This document shows positions 9,981 to 20,316 of a stretch of DNA of 64,000 nt, one piece after another. Made by a program: the position numbers and the translations under genes. Positions within the stretch are counted from its first letter, which is position 1, and the number at the start of each line of letters is the position of its first letter. The notes under the pieces were generated by a model that saw only the letters and a program-made list of their open reading frames with translations, was not told the origin of the DNA and ran no database searches. This DNA is from Candidatus Tetragenococcus pullicola (GTDB taxonomy: Bacteria > Bacillota > Bacilli > Lactobacillales > Enterococcaceae): contig DXDB01000177.1 in assembly GCA_019115705.1 (NCBI GenBank), positions 3,051 to 67,050 of the forward strand. Direction: 5' to 3'.

Positions 9981-10127
9981 GCGTTTCACACTACTTTTTA
10001 TTATTTTATTTTTATAATTCACTACATTTCTTGATATATAAAGGCTAATCTGGTTTTATTTTTTTACATGAGATAGTCAAAACAATACTACTTCACAATT
10101 ATTCGGTTTAAAAAACACGGTAAATAC

Positions 10128-10156
10128 TTGTAAAAGCTTTCAAAATCCTTTATAAT
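10128..10156 (+). promoter_or_regulatory. sigma-A type promoter of trePP with an overlapping cre-like site
   Basis: TTGTAA, 17 nt, TATAAT. TGTAAAAGCTTTCA (10129-10142) has one mismatch to the cre consensus TGWAANCGNTNWCA. Confidence 0.5.
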
Positions 10157-10165
10157 TTAGTTGCC

Positions 10166-10178
10166 TGTATAGACAAGA
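10166..10178. promoter_or_regulatory. putative TreR operator
   Basis: CTGTATAGACAAG, related to the TTGTATATACA sites at 9924-9947, located just after the -10. Confidence 0.35.
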
Positions 10179-10204
10179 TGACTACGAAAGGAGCTAATAT
10201 AAAA

Positions 10205-12826
10205 ATGACAACCCTACATGTAGAAATTAAAGAAAACTGGACAGCTTTTTGGAAAAACCACAGCACTAGCACATACACAGGCGCGCTTTTGGATCGACTT
10301 AGCCAGTTAGAAGACGATATAAAAATCCACGAGGTGCACGCAGGTACAATCAGTCAAGAAGTCCCTTTTGAAAAAGATGACACGGCTGTTGAACTTTCAC
10401 AATATTTAACAGAATCAACAAACCTACCCTTTGTTATCGGCCAACCTGAAGAATTCGAAGAAAAAGTAGCACAATTACCTTGGGAAATAATATACCACGG
10501 TTATCACCCGGGAAAAGATGAATATTCAGTTGAATCGCTTTTAACAGTCGGAAACGGATTTATGGGCTTACGTGGAACGACACCTGAAATGGAAATCAGC
10601 AATCAAAATTATCCCGCTCTTTATTTGGCAAGTCTTTATGATCGTGCACCTTCTCAGGTAGCTGAGCGCACCATTTATAATGAAGATTTTGTCAATGCCC
10701 CTAACTTACAAAAAATTTATTTGGTCATCGATAATGAACGAATTGATGTAGCTACTAACGAAATCATTCAAATGAAACGACGTTTAAATTTAAAGACCGG
10801 GCTTTTTGAGTCATGGGTAACCTATCGTTTGAAAAATGGTAAAGAAATTGCCGTTCACAGTCAAAAAATTGCCAACATGGCAGATAGCCACCAATACAAT
10901 ATCCGTTACTCATTTACGCCGGTAAACTTTTCCGGCGAAATCAACGTGATTTCAGAAGCAGATGGCGCTGTTTACAACTATAATGTCGAACGTTATCGTA
11001 GTTTGGAACAAAATCACATAACGGTAAGTAATACCACGGGATCTAATCATTACGCGTCCTTAGAAGCAAAAACAATTCATTCTCATATTACCATCTTACA
11101 ACAAAGTCAGCTAAAAAGTGATAATCTTGACTTAACTGATTTGAAAACAACAAAAGACGATCAAAAAGTTTGGCAAAAATTAACGGTTCAGACCAAACAA
11201 GAAACAACTTATTCCCTTGAAAAAAGCGTGATTGTTCATCAGGCACGTCCAAATGAACAGACACCAGAGGAAAAACCAACTTTCCAAAACTTTGAGGAAA
11301 GCTACGCTGATTCAAAAAATGCTTGGGAAAAACTTTGGGAGCAAGCTGGCATTAGTGTCAAGGGAGATCTTATGTCACAAAAATTATTGAACTTGCATAC
11401 CTATCATCTCTTAAGTTCTGCTTCACCTTTTGCTAATCCGACATTAGATGCTAGCATCACAGCTCGTGGGCTACATGGAGAAGCTTATCGTGGCCATATT
11501 TTTTGGGACGAACTCTTCATCTTCCCATTTTATATCTTGCATTTTCCTGAAACGGCAAAATCTTTATTGATGTACCGTTATCGTCGCTTGGAAACAGCCA
11601 AAGAAGATGCCCAAAAAGCAGGATACGAAGGGGCAATGTTTCCTTGGCAATCGGGATTGGATGGTTCAGAACAATCACAAGAACTTCACCTAAACCCAAT
11701 CAATGGCACTTGGAAAGAAGATAACAGTCGCTTACAACGCCATGTTTCTTTGGCTATTGCCTATAATATCTGGCAGTATTGGCACAATACCCAAGACACT
11801 ACTTTCATGCAAGATTATGGCTTGGAAATGTTATTAGAAATTGCCCATTTTTGGCAAAGTGCTACAGTCTTAAATAACACAAGCGAACGTTACGACATTG
11901 ATCGCGTCATGGGACCGGATGAATTTCACGAAAGCTATCCCAACAGTGAAAAAGGCGGTTTAAAAAACAACGCCTATACAAATATGATGGTGGTTTGGTT
12001 ATTCGAAGAGATTGAAAATCTCAAAAATCAATTTGCACCAGAAACATTTAAAACAGTACAAGAAAAGACTGAGGTAAGTGATGAATTATTAGAAACAATG
12101 GCTCTTATCAAGCATCAACTCGCACTAGAAATAAATGAGGATGGGATCATCGCCCAATTTGAAGGATACTTCGACTTGAAAGATTTGGATTGGGACCATT
12201 ACCGTAAAGAATACGGCAATATCTATCGAATGGATCGTATTTTAAATGCTGAAGGCAAATCAGCAGATGCTTATAAAGTTTCAAAGCAAGCCGATAGTTT
12301 GATGATTTTCTATAACTTTGGTAAAGACCAAGTTGATACCATTTTAGACGATTTAAATTATCAATTGCCTGAAGACTATGTCACTTCCAACTTGCATTAT
12401 TACTTAGCAAGGACTTCCCATGGGTCGACACTTTCTCGGGTTGTACATGCCCAATTAGCAGCAATGGTTGACAATCAAAAACTCGCATGGGATTTATATC
12501 AAGAAGCCTTATACTCAGACTATCGCGATATTCAAGGTGGTACAACAGCTGAAGGTATTCATGCTGGTGTCATGGCAGCTACTTTATATATTCCATTAAC
12601 TACTTTTGCCGGTCTTGACATTAGAGGACCTATCGTAAGTTTTAAACCAAACCTGCCAAATGCTTGGACATCCATTGCTTTCAAATTCAAGAGTCGGGGA
12701 GTCAACTTTAGTGTCTTAGTCGAACCAAACAAGTTAACACTTACAGCGGATAAGGAAATCACCATAGCCGCCAATAAGAAAGAAGTTTTATTAACAGCCA
12801 ATACACCAAAAGAAATAGCTTATTAA
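10205..12826 (+). CDS. trePP: GH65 phosphorylase, probable trehalose-6-phosphate phosphorylase, with a ~90-aa N-terminal extension
   Basis: GH65 hallmarks (VESLLTVGNGFMGLRG, HIFWDELF, catalytic-domain length). Context is PTS-Tre, pgmB and treR. Start at ATG 10205 (AAAGGAG 11 nt upstream). Confidence 0.75.
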   Translation: MTTLHVEIKENWTAFWKNHSTSTYTGALLDRLSQLEDDIKIHEVHAGTISQEVPFEKDDTAVELSQYLTESTNLPFVIGQPEEFEEKVAQLPWEIIYHGYHPGKDEYSVESLLTVGNGFMGLRGTTPEMEISNQNYPALYLASLYDRAPSQVAERTIYNEDFVNAPNLQKIYLVIDNERIDVATNEIIQMKRRLNLKTGLFESWVTYRLKNGKEIAVHSQKIANMADSHQYNIRYSFTPVNFSGEINVISEADGAVYNYNVERYRSLEQNHITVSNTTGSNHYASLEAKTIHSHITILQQSQLKSDNLDLTDLKTTKDDQKVWQKLTVQTKQETTYSLEKSVIVHQARPNEQTPEEKPTFQNFEESYADSKNAWEKLWEQAGISVKGDLMSQKLLNLHTYHLLSSASPFANPTLDASITARGLHGEAYRGHIFWDELFIFPFYILHFPETAKSLLMYRYRRLETAKEDAQKAGYEGAMFPWQSGLDGSEQSQELHLNPINGTWKEDNSRLQRHVSLAIAYNIWQYWHNTQDTTFMQDYGLEMLLEIAHFWQSATVLNNTSERYDIDRVMGPDEFHESYPNSEKGGLKNNAYTNMMVVWLFEEIENLKNQFAPETFKTVQEKTEVSDELLETMALIKHQLALEINEDGIIAQFEGYFDLKDLDWDHYRKEYGNIYRMDRILNAEGKSADAYKVSKQADSLMIFYNFGKDQVDTILDDLNYQLPEDYVTSNLHYYLARTSHGSTLSRVVHAQLAAMVDNQKLAWDLYQEALYSDYRDIQGGTTAEGIHAGVMAATLYIPLTTFAGLDIRGPIVSFKPNLPNAWTSIAFKFKSRGVNFSVLVEPNKLTLTADKEITIAANKKEVLLTANTPKEIAY

Positions 12827-12843
12827 CTACTGGAGGAAAGAAC

Positions 12844-13494
12844 ATGAAAAAAGGATTTGTATTTGATTTAGATGGAGTGATTACAGATACCGCCAAGTTT
12901 CACTACCTCGCTTGGAAAGACTTAGCAGATTCAATTGGTATTTCAATTGATATCAAATTTAATGAACGATTAAAAGGAATCAGCCGAATGGATTCTTTAG
13001 AACGTATTTTAGTCCACGGAGGAAAAGAAAATGAGTATTCTTTGGATGAAAAAGAAGCTTTAGCTACCAAAAAAAATACCCACTATGTAGAACTATTACA
13101 AGATTTGACACCGGCCGATCTTTTACCTGGCGTTAAAGAATTTCTGGATGAAGCAAAAGCAAATCACGTGCCTTGTGTTATCGCCTCTGCTTCAAAAAAT
13201 GCGCCTTTCATCCTAGAAAAATTAGAAGTTGCCGATGAATTTGATGCTATCGTCGATCCGGCAACATTAAGCAAAGGAAAACCTGATCCTGAAATTTTCA
13301 TTAAAGCTGCCCAAGCGATCGACTTAAAACCTGAAGAAGCAGTTGGCTTTGAAGATGCCCAAGCTGGAGTCGATGGTATCAAAGCTAGCGGGATGTTTGC
13401 AGTTGGTGTCATGGCAAACGAAGCTTTACATGGGGCAGACATCGTTGTCAAAAAACTAACCGAACTATCGGTCCCTGAATTATTGCAAAAATGA
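12844..13494 (+). CDS. pgmB: beta-phosphoglucomutase (HAD superfamily)
   Basis: FDLDGVITDT HAD motif I, SASKN and GFEDAQAGV motifs. 216 aa, immediately after the GH65 gene. Confidence 0.9.
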   Translation: MKKGFVFDLDGVITDTAKFHYLAWKDLADSIGISIDIKFNERLKGISRMDSLERILVHGGKENEYSLDEKEALATKKNTHYVELLQDLTPADLLPGVKEFLDEAKANHVPCVIASASKNAPFILEKLEVADEFDAIVDPATLSKGKPDPEIFIKAAQAIDLKPEEAVGFEDAQAGVDGIKASGMFAVGVMANEALHGADIVVKKLTELSVPELLQK

Positions 13495-13545
13495 CGTTGC
13501 TTTCTGACTCCGCACCGTTATAATGGATGAAGGAGGGAGATATGA

Positions 13546-14262
13546 ATGAATAAGTTTAGGGAAATCTTCTTGGATTTAGAACAGAAAATAGTTGCCGGCG
13601 ATTATCCTGCCCATTCCTTACTTCCTAGTGAGAATCAACTGATTAAAGTATATAGCGTTTCCCGAGAAACCGTACGTAAAGCTCTAAATATGTTAAGAGA
13701 TGCTGGTTATATCCAAAAAAAACAAGGCAAAGGATCGATTGTTTTAGATTTGAATCGTTTTGACTTTCCTATTTCTGGACTGACAAGCTTTAAAGAATTG
13801 CAAGAAACACAGCGTATTCCTAGCAAAACAACAGTCGCGGAAATTAAGAAAATTGCGGTTTCCCCAAAATTACATGAGATTACTGATTGGCCAGTCGCTT
13901 CAGAAAGTTGGAAATTGATTCGCCAACGTTCGATTGATGGTGAAGTCGTCATTTTAGATAAAGACTATCTCGATGCTTCAATTATTCCGGAACTTCCAAA
14001 AGAAGCCGCCGAACAATCTATTTATGACTATTTTGAAAATCAATTGGGCTTAGATATTTCCTATGCACAAAAAGAAATCACCGTGGAGCCTATCACCAAA
14101 GAAACACGTGATCTAATGGATTTACGACCAGAAGATCAACATGTCGTCATTGTTAGAAGCTTGGTTTATCTAGAAGATACTCGGTGCTTTGAATACACAG
14201 AATCGATTCACCGCCTGGATAAATTTCGCTTTGTTGATTTTGCAAGACGAAGAAAAATTTGA
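13546..14262 (+). CDS. treR: GntR/HutC-family trehalose operon repressor
   Basis: N-terminal winged HTH (LPSENQLIKVYSVSRETVRKAL) plus a UTRA-type effector domain. 238 aa. Confidence 0.85.
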   Translation: MNKFREIFLDLEQKIVAGDYPAHSLLPSENQLIKVYSVSRETVRKALNMLRDAGYIQKKQGKGSIVLDLNRFDFPISGLTSFKELQETQRIPSKTTVAEIKKIAVSPKLHEITDWPVASESWKLIRQRSIDGEVVILDKDYLDASIIPELPKEAAEQSIYDYFENQLGLDISYAQKEITVEPITKETRDLMDLRPEDQHVVIVRSLVYLEDTRCFEYTESIHRLDKFRFVDFARRRKI

Positions 14263-14267
14263 TACCT

Positions 14268-14303
14268 AAAAAGGACTTACAGTTGACTGTAAGTCCTTTT
14301 GGC
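14268..14303. terminator. bidirectional intrinsic terminator
   Basis: AAAGGACTTACAG, TTGA, CTGTAAGTCCTTT. Confidence 0.85.
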
Positions 14304-14333
14304 TATTCGTTTTGAACAAAAATATTGTGAAAT

Positions 14334-14495
14334 TTAACTAAATGTTATGAGTAATAGCAACAGCCACACAATAACAAAAAAACTAGAGCCCTTACTTGTA
14401 AAAATAAGGATTTTATTTTTATACCGCTTATAGTAATTATCTAGCAAAGTGGGCAAGACTTTGGGTAAAATATCCTTATGTTTAACATAGACCAT
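14334..14495 (-). CDS. hypothetical small protein with a C-terminal hydrophobic helix
   Basis: Internal start MVYVKHKD... of ORF 14334-14594. It lies between the XRE gene and the terminator, so it is probably co-transcribed. No clear SD. Confidence 0.25.
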   Translation of the reverse strand: MVYVKHKDILPKVLPTLLDNYYKRYKNKILIFTSKGSSFFVIVWLLLLLITFS

Positions 14496-14556
14496 CCGAT
14501 TTAAACCCACATAATGAAAACTTTTCCTATCTGATTCAGTTACTCTTTCAGAATCT

Positions 14557-14991
14557 TTATGACTCGTTCTTCTTACCAACCAATTTTTTTGCAAGTAAAA
14601 TAATCGAAAAAACTACCATGATTAGTAACAGTATCGTTAAAACACTCACTAAACTGTGACGTACGATACCCAAAGCTAAAACAAATGCTAAACCAATCAA
14701 TACAGCCATAAAAATTATATGCTTTCTTGATTTGTTTTTTGATACTGAGCTGGCTTGTGCAGGAATCTCATTATTTTCTTGATCTTTATTTTTATCCAGC
14801 AAATAATCAATCGTTACGCCAAAAAAAACAGCAATAGCATTCATCTTTTTTGTTTCAGGTAAAACTGAACCAGTTTCCCACTTTGAAACAGCCTGTCTTG
14901 ATACATTCAACTTTTCAGCAAGTTCTGCTTGAGTCAAACCAGCTTTTTTCCGTAACTTATATAGTTTTTCATAAAAAAACCAATTTAACAT
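14557..14991 (-). CDS. XRE-family HTH regulator with C-terminal transmembrane helices
   Basis: LRKKAGLTQAELAEKLNVSRQAVSKWETG HTH_3 motif and two hydrophobic helices in the C-terminal half. Confidence 0.75.
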   Translation of the reverse strand: MLNWFFYEKLYKLRKKAGLTQAELAEKLNVSRQAVSKWETGSVLPETKKMNAIAVFFGVTIDYLLDKNKDQENNEIPAQASSVSKNKSRKHIIFMAVLIGLAFVLALGIVRHSLVSVLTILLLIMVVFSIILLAKKLVGKKNES

Positions 14992-15136
14992 TACGTTTAT
15001 GCAACTGACAGTAGCAAACAGCCTTTTTATATGACTTCTTTACTAAAGTCAGAGATTTCACAAAAGCTCGAATGTTTTATGTAAAAATATTGATATATTT
15101 AAAAATGATAGCTATTCCTCTACTATATGATATAAC

Positions 15137-15170
15137 AAACCCGTCCTGATTTTTTCAGAACGGGTTTAGT
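15137..15170 (-). terminator. intrinsic terminator after rny
   Basis: AAACCCGTTCTGA, 5 nt, TCAGGACGGGTTT plus a T-rich tail on the minus strand. Confidence 0.8.
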
Positions 15171-15177
15171 CGATTTC

Positions 15178-16734
15178 TTATTTTGCGTAGTCAACAACGC
15201 GTGTTTCACGAATAACGACTACCTTGATATTCCCTGGGTAATCCAAGTCATTTTCGATACGTTTGCGAATATCTCTTACCAATCGTGTAGCATCCAAGTC
15301 AGAGATTTCTTCTGGTTTAACCATGACACGAATCTCACGTCCTGCCTGTACAGCAAAACTATTGGAGACACCTTCAAAACTATTGGAGATGTTTTCTAGG
15401 TTTTCTAATCTTCTGATGTAATTTTCTAACGATTCACTTCGAGCACCCGGACGTGCGGCAGATAATGCATCCGCTGCTGCTACTAATACAGAAATAACTG
15501 AGGTCGCTTCTATATCGCCATGATGTGAAGCAATGGCATTGATAACGACAGGATTTTCCTTATACTTAGCAGCTAATTCTGCTCCGATTTGAACATGAGA
15601 ACCTTCAATTTCATGGTCTAGAGCTTTTCCAATATCATGCATTAATCCTGCTCTTTTGGCCAATTGAATGTCTTCGCCCAATTCAGCAGCCATTACCCCT
15701 GCCAATTTCGCCACCTCAATCGAATGATTTAATACGTTTTGTCCATAGCTTGTTCTGAAATGTAAACGTCCTAAAATCTTGATTAAATCCGGATGTAAGG
15801 TATGGGCGCCAACTTCAAAGGCAGCTTGTTCCCCATACTCGCGTATTCGTTCATCCATTTCTTTTCTTGATTTTTCTACCATTTCTTCGATACGAGCTGG
15901 ATGAATTCGACCATCTTGAATTAATTTTTCTAACGCCATGCGGGCAATCTCACGACGAATCGGATCAAATCCGGATAACACCACTGCTTCTGGTGTATCA
16001 TCAATAATCAAGTCGATTCCGGTCAACGTTTCTAGTGTACGGATATTACGTCCTTCACGACCGATAATCCGCCCCTTCATTTCATCGTTTGGTAAAGTAA
16101 CAACCGATACTGTTGTTTCTGATACTTGGTCAGCAGCACATCGTTGAATCGCTAAAGTTAAAATATTTTTAGCTTTGCGATCAGCTTCTTCTTTTGCTTT
16201 TTGCTCAGATTCTTTTACCATTAAGGCCAATTCATGATTCAACTCTTCTTCAGTTGACTTCATGATAATTGACTTCGCTTCTTCTCTAGACAAGGCAGCA
16301 ACACGTTCTAGTTCGTTTTGTTGTCTTTCAATCAATTTTTCTACTTCTTTTTCTCGCTCGTCAATTAATTGTTGTTTTTCACCGACTTTATTTTCTTTTT
16401 TAGTCAGTGAATGTTCACGTTTTTCCAAAGAATCATCTTTGCGATCAAGTAATTGTTCTCTTTTTAGTAAGCGATTTTCTTGCGATTTTAATTCAAGTCT
16501 ATCTTCTTTCAACTCACTTTCAATTTCTGACCGATACTTTTGATTTTCTTCTTTTGCTTCAAACAACGCTTCTTTTTTCAGAGTTTTTGCTTCTTTTTTC
16601 GCACTCGTTAAGATACTTTCAGCACTTGTATTGGCACCTTCAATTTCTTTCTCATGACGATTTTTTGCAACCATAAACCCTACGAAAAGTCCGACAATTA
16701 AACCGATGATAGCGAGGAGAATGTTCATTCCCAT
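15178..16734 (-). CDS. rny: ribonuclease Y
   Basis: N-terminal TM helix, coiled-coil E/K-rich region, KH domain ([12 protein letters not shown]) and HD domain (LMHDIGKA). Confidence 0.95.
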   Translation of the reverse strand: MGMNILLAIIGLIVGLFVGFMVAKNRHEKEIEGANTSAESILTSAKKEAKTLKKEALFEAKEENQKYRSEIESELKEDRLELKSQENRLLKREQLLDRKDDSLEKREHSLTKKENKVGEKQQLIDEREKEVEKLIERQQNELERVAALSREEAKSIIMKSTEEELNHELALMVKESEQKAKEEADRKAKNILTLAIQRCAADQVSETTVSVVTLPNDEMKGRIIGREGRNIRTLETLTGIDLIIDDTPEAVVLSGFDPIRREIARMALEKLIQDGRIHPARIEEMVEKSRKEMDERIREYGEQAAFEVGAHTLHPDLIKILGRLHFRTSYGQNVLNHSIEVAKLAGVMAAELGEDIQLAKRAGLMHDIGKALDHEIEGSHVQIGAELAAKYKENPVVINAIASHHGDIEATSVISVLVAAADALSAARPGARSESLENYIRRLENLENISNSFEGVSNSFAVQAGREIRVMVKPEEISDLDATRLVRDIRKRIENDLDYPGNIKVVVIRETRVVDYAK

Positions 16735-17068
16735 GATAAGTCACCTCCATACTATCTTTCTTATTTTAATTTGTAGTTTTTTGATAAACATACTTACCTT
16801 AAAATTATCAAATATGCCTACTCGCATATGTGTGTAAAGTACACATATTTATTCTAATGTTTGTAAGTGTCGGTGTCAACTTAAAAAGCAAGTTTGTATG
16901 GAGCGACTGAATGATTGTTTTTAATTAAAGAAAATCCATTCCGGCCTCTTGAACATTTTCTTGTTTTAAAAAAAGCGAGGTCGAAACAAAAATTTTCTAT
17001 GTAAAAAGATATCCTTTGAGGGAAAAAGTTTAAGATGAAAACTTTCTTATTTTCTTTCGGCACTTTTT

Positions 17069-17109
17069 ACCTAGACATTGCCTAGGTGATTGCTAGGTAA
17101 TGTCTAGGT
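17069..17109. repeat. 17-bp-stem hairpin built from CTAGGT-type motifs
   Basis: ACCTAGACATTGCCTAG, GTGATTG, CTAGGTAATGTCTAGGT. There is one G:T position and no adjacent T-run. Confidence 0.6.
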
Positions 17110-17127
17110 GATTTCTTATCCTTCATG

Positions 17128-17170
17128 AAAAAAACAGTAAGAAAGATTAGCCTTTCTTACTGTTTTTTTC
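17128..17170. terminator. bidirectional intrinsic terminator after recA
   Basis: A-run, ACAGTAAGAAAG, ATTAGC, CTTTCTTACTGT, T-run. Confidence 0.85.
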
Positions 17171-17171
17171 T

Positions 17172-18215
17172 TTATTTTTCTAACGGAAGCTCTTCTTGTC
17201 CTTCTTTTTCATCTATTGTTTCGCCGGTTCCAATTCCATAGACGTCACGAACTTTTGCAGAAACCTCTGCTACCATTTCAGGATGTTCCGTCATGTAATT
17301 TTTAACATTCTCACGACCTTGACCGATTCGATCACCTTCGTAAGAATACCATGCGCCACTTTTATTGATGATATCCTTATCTGAAGCCATATCAAGAAGT
17401 TCTCCTACTTGAGAAATTCCTTGACCGTACATGATATCAACTTCTGCCACTTTAAATGGTGGTGCAACTTTGTTTTTCACTACTTTGATTTTTGTACGAT
17501 TTCCAATAATGTCCGTTCCTGATTTTAATTGTTCGGCACGACGCACTTCTAATCGAACGGTTGAATAAAATTTCAACGCGCGTCCCCCTGGAGTTGTTTC
17601 AGGATTTCCGAACATCACCCCAACCTTTTCACGAATTTGGTTAATAAAAATTGCTATGGTCTTTGTTTTATTGATAGTCCCCGATAATTTACGCATCGCT
17701 TGAGACATCATACGAGCTTGTAAGCCAACATGGGCATCTCCCATTTCACCGTCAATTTCAGCTCTTGGTACCAAAGCTGCTACGGAGTCGATAACCACGA
17801 TATCCACGGCGCCACTAGATACTAAAGCATCTGCGATTTCTAATCCTTGTTCCCCAGTATCTGGTTGAGAAAGCAGTAATTCATCAATATTGACACCTAA
17901 ATGTTCGGCATATTGTGGGTCCAAAGCATTTTCAGCATCAATAAAGGCAGCGGTGCCTCCATTTTTTTGAACTTCTGCAATCGCATGTAAAGCAACTGTC
18001 GTCTTCCCTGAACTTTCAGGGCCATAAACTTCAACGATTCGCCCACGTGGATAGCCTCCAACACCTAAAGCTACATCCAAAGCCAAAGAGCCACTTGGAA
18101 TAGTTGAAATTCGTTGATCGGCTTTTTCACCCAATTTCATGATTGAGCCTTTGCCATAATTTTTTTCTATCTTCTTTAACGCAGTCTCTAAGGCTGCTTT
18201 ACGATCATCTGCCAC
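17172..18215 (-). CDS. recA: recombinase A
   Basis: GPESSGKTT Walker A and overall RecA sequence. 347 aa. Confidence 0.97.
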   Translation of the reverse strand: MADDRKAALETALKKIEKNYGKGSIMKLGEKADQRISTIPSGSLALDVALGVGGYPRGRIVEVYGPESSGKTTVALHAIAEVQKNGGTAAFIDAENALDPQYAEHLGVNIDELLLSQPDTGEQGLEIADALVSSGAVDIVVIDSVAALVPRAEIDGEMGDAHVGLQARMMSQAMRKLSGTINKTKTIAIFINQIREKVGVMFGNPETTPGGRALKFYSTVRLEVRRAEQLKSGTDIIGNRTKIKVVKNKVAPPFKVAEVDIMYGQGISQVGELLDMASDKDIINKSGAWYSYEGDRIGQGRENVKNYMTEHPEMVAEVSAKVRDVYGIGTGETIDEKEGQEELPLEK

Positions 18216-18305
18216 TAAATAAAATCCTCCTTTAATTCTAACGAGTAAAAAACAACTTTCAATAAATCTATCATAGCGCTTTTCGACTAAAAAAGCAAGA
18301 AAAAT

Positions 18306-18319
18306 CGAACAAGTTTTCC
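18306..18319. promoter_or_regulatory. weak LexA (Cheo) box candidate upstream of recA
   Basis: CGAACAAGTTTTCC versus CGAAC-N4-GTTCG, with 2 mismatches in the right half. Confidence 0.3.
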
Positions 18320-18329
18320 CACCTTTTAA

Positions 18330-19571
18330 TTAACTTAATAATTCACGTCGAAGCATATTAAGACCTGTCATTACAGCATTTTGGCGTATATCGTTTCGTC
18401 CTCGTGAAAAATGATAACATTCACTTTTTATTTTCTCAGAGTCAGCAAGTGCAATCCAAACCGTCCCAACTGAATGCCCCTCTAAAGGATCTGGCCCAGC
18501 CACACCACTAAAAGCTAAAGCAAAGTCAGTATGCGCAAGTTTTTGTGCTTGCCCAGCCATTTTTTCGACACATTCGCGACTTACCGTTCCATACTTTTCT
18601 AAAAATACTGGTTCGATGTTTAAAAAAGAAGCCTTTGTCTCTGGCGAATACGTTACAAAGCCACCTGGAAACACTTCAGAAACACCAGATATCGCTCCTA
18701 AAGTTGCCTGAAAAGCTCCTGCTGTTAAACTTTCCGCCGCTGTTACCGTCTTATTTTGTTTCTTTAATAGATTGACCACCACCTGTGCTAAAGAGTTTTC
18801 ATCGCCATACCCATAAAAGTAGTGACCCACTCGTTTTTGAATTTGGTTTTCTAGAAAGTCAAGCTGCTGAATCCCTATTTTCTTATCTCTTGTCTTGACT
18901 GTCAAACGTAAGGTCACCTCATGAGTCTTTGCATAAGGAGCAATGGTAGGATTGGTTTGTTTTTCAATTAAATCTGACAATTCCGTCACAAGTTGTGATT
19001 CACCGATGCCAAAAAAACGTAACACACGCGAGACAAAGAAGTCTTCTTGAGGAAAGTTGTGTTTCAATAATGGGATTGCTTCATTTACAAACATGGGATT
19101 TAATTCATTAGGAGGACCTGGAAGTAGTAAATAGGCAGTTCCTAATTTATCTTGGAAAAAAATACCTACCGCAAGTCCAGTTGTGTTTGGTAAAGCTTGT
19201 CCATCTTTAAAAACAAGTGTTTGAAGCAAATTATTAGTTGTCATCTTGCGGTTTCTTTTTTTGAAAAAAGCCAATAAATTTTGATAACCTGCTTCATCAC
19301 GCACTAAAGTTTGACCAACATGTTGAGCAACGACTTGCTTGGTCAGATCATCTTCAGTAGGCCCCAAACCACCACATATAATGATTAAATCACTTCTTTT
19401 TTCCGCAACAGCAACTAGGTTTTCCAAACGCTCACGATTATCCCCAACCACGCTTTGATAATAAACATCAATTCCAAGACTTGCCAATTCCTCAGATAAA
19501 AAAGTAGCGTTGGTGTTAACGATTTGTCCTAATAAAATTTCCGTTCCTACAGCGATGATTTCTGCTTTCAT
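18330..19571 (-). CDS. cinA: competence/damage-inducible protein CinA (MoCF-binding plus NMN deamidase domains)
   Basis: [23 protein letters not shown]-terminus. 413 aa, in the conserved position upstream of recA. Confidence 0.9.
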   Translation of the reverse strand: MKAEIIAVGTEILLGQIVNTNATFLSEELASLGIDVYYQSVVGDNRERLENLVAVAEKRSDLIIICGGLGPTEDDLTKQVVAQHVGQTLVRDEAGYQNLLAFFKKRNRKMTTNNLLQTLVFKDGQALPNTTGLAVGIFFQDKLGTAYLLLPGPPNELNPMFVNEAIPLLKHNFPQEDFFVSRVLRFFGIGESQLVTELSDLIEKQTNPTIAPYAKTHEVTLRLTVKTRDKKIGIQQLDFLENQIQKRVGHYFYGYGDENSLAQVVVNLLKKQNKTVTAAESLTAGAFQATLGAISGVSEVFPGGFVTYSPETKASFLNIEPVFLEKYGTVSRECVEKMAGQAQKLAHTDFALAFSGVAGPDPLEGHSVGTVWIALADSEKIKSECYHFSRGRNDIRQNAVMTGLNMLRRELLS

Positions 19572-19640
19572 TTTTTTGCTCCTTTATTAGTATACGCAGT
19601 AAATAGATTTTTCTTTTTTTTTATTACTATTTTTCACTTC

Positions 19641-19686
19641 AAAAAAACCTATAAGACGAAAGATTCAGTCTTATAAGTTTTTTCTA
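19641..19686 (-). terminator. intrinsic terminator after pgsA
   Basis: CTTATAAGAC, 10 nt, GTCTTATAGG-type stem with a T-run on the minus strand. Confidence 0.7.
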
Positions 19687-19699
19687 CCTTTAATTTTCT

Positions 19700-20305
19700 T
19701 CACATGGATCCTTTAAATACTTCAGTGTTTTTAACAAAATAATCTATTCCAGAATAGGCTGTAAAGAATAAACAACTATACAATAAAATTTGATCCATAG
19801 GAAGACCTACTTGTTGGAAAAAGATATTATTTAAATATAATAAAATAATCGCAACCATTTGCGTTGCTGTTTTCACTTTACCTGGCCATGCAGCTGCCAT
19901 TACTTCTCCATTTTGTTCGACTAGTAGTAGTCTCAAGCCAGTCACTGCTAATTCACGGCAAATAATGATTGCTACGACCCAACCTGGAGCTTTTCCAAGA
20001 TCGACCAATAAAATAAAAGCGGTCATAACTAGCATCTTATCTGCCAGTGGATCAGCAAACTTTCCAAAGTTTGTCACTAGATGTCGTGAGCGCGCAATCT
20101 TTCCGTCCAACCAATCCGTTATACTGGCCACAGCAAATATGATGGCCGCCACTAAATGAGTAACTTCTAATTGTGTTGCTCCTATATGAAGGATTCCCCA
20201 ATCAAAAGGGATCACTAAAACAAGAATAAAAACTGGAATCATACAGATTCGTAGCACAGTCAACTTGTTTGGCAAATTCACACGATTTCCTCTTCTCTTT
20301 TTCAT
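19700..20305 (-). CDS. pgsA: CDP-diacylglycerol--glycerol-3-phosphate 3-phosphatidyltransferase
   Basis: NLPNKLTVLRI N-terminus and DWLDGKIAR...GKFADPLADK CDP-alcohol phosphatidyltransferase motif. The true start may be GTG 20281. Confidence 0.9.
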   Translation of the reverse strand: MKKRRGNRVNLPNKLTVLRICMIPVFILVLVIPFDWGILHIGATQLEVTHLVAAIIFAVASITDWLDGKIARSRHLVTNFGKFADPLADKMLVMTAFILLVDLGKAPGWVVAIIICRELAVTGLRLLLVEQNGEVMAAAWPGKVKTATQMVAIILLYLNNIFFQQVGLPMDQILLYSCLFFTAYSGIDYFVKNTEVFKGSM

Positions 20306-20316
20306 GGACTGTTCTC

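Noticed and set aside
9961-9985. cre site overlapping the treP -35 (GTGAAACGCTTGCAA).
   Set aside because: It cannot be aligned to TGWAANCGNTNWCA without a 1-nt gap in the left half.
16881-17063. 60-aa ORF in the recA-rny gap.
   Set aside because: No SD, odd composition, and it spans a region more likely to be the rny promoter or leader.
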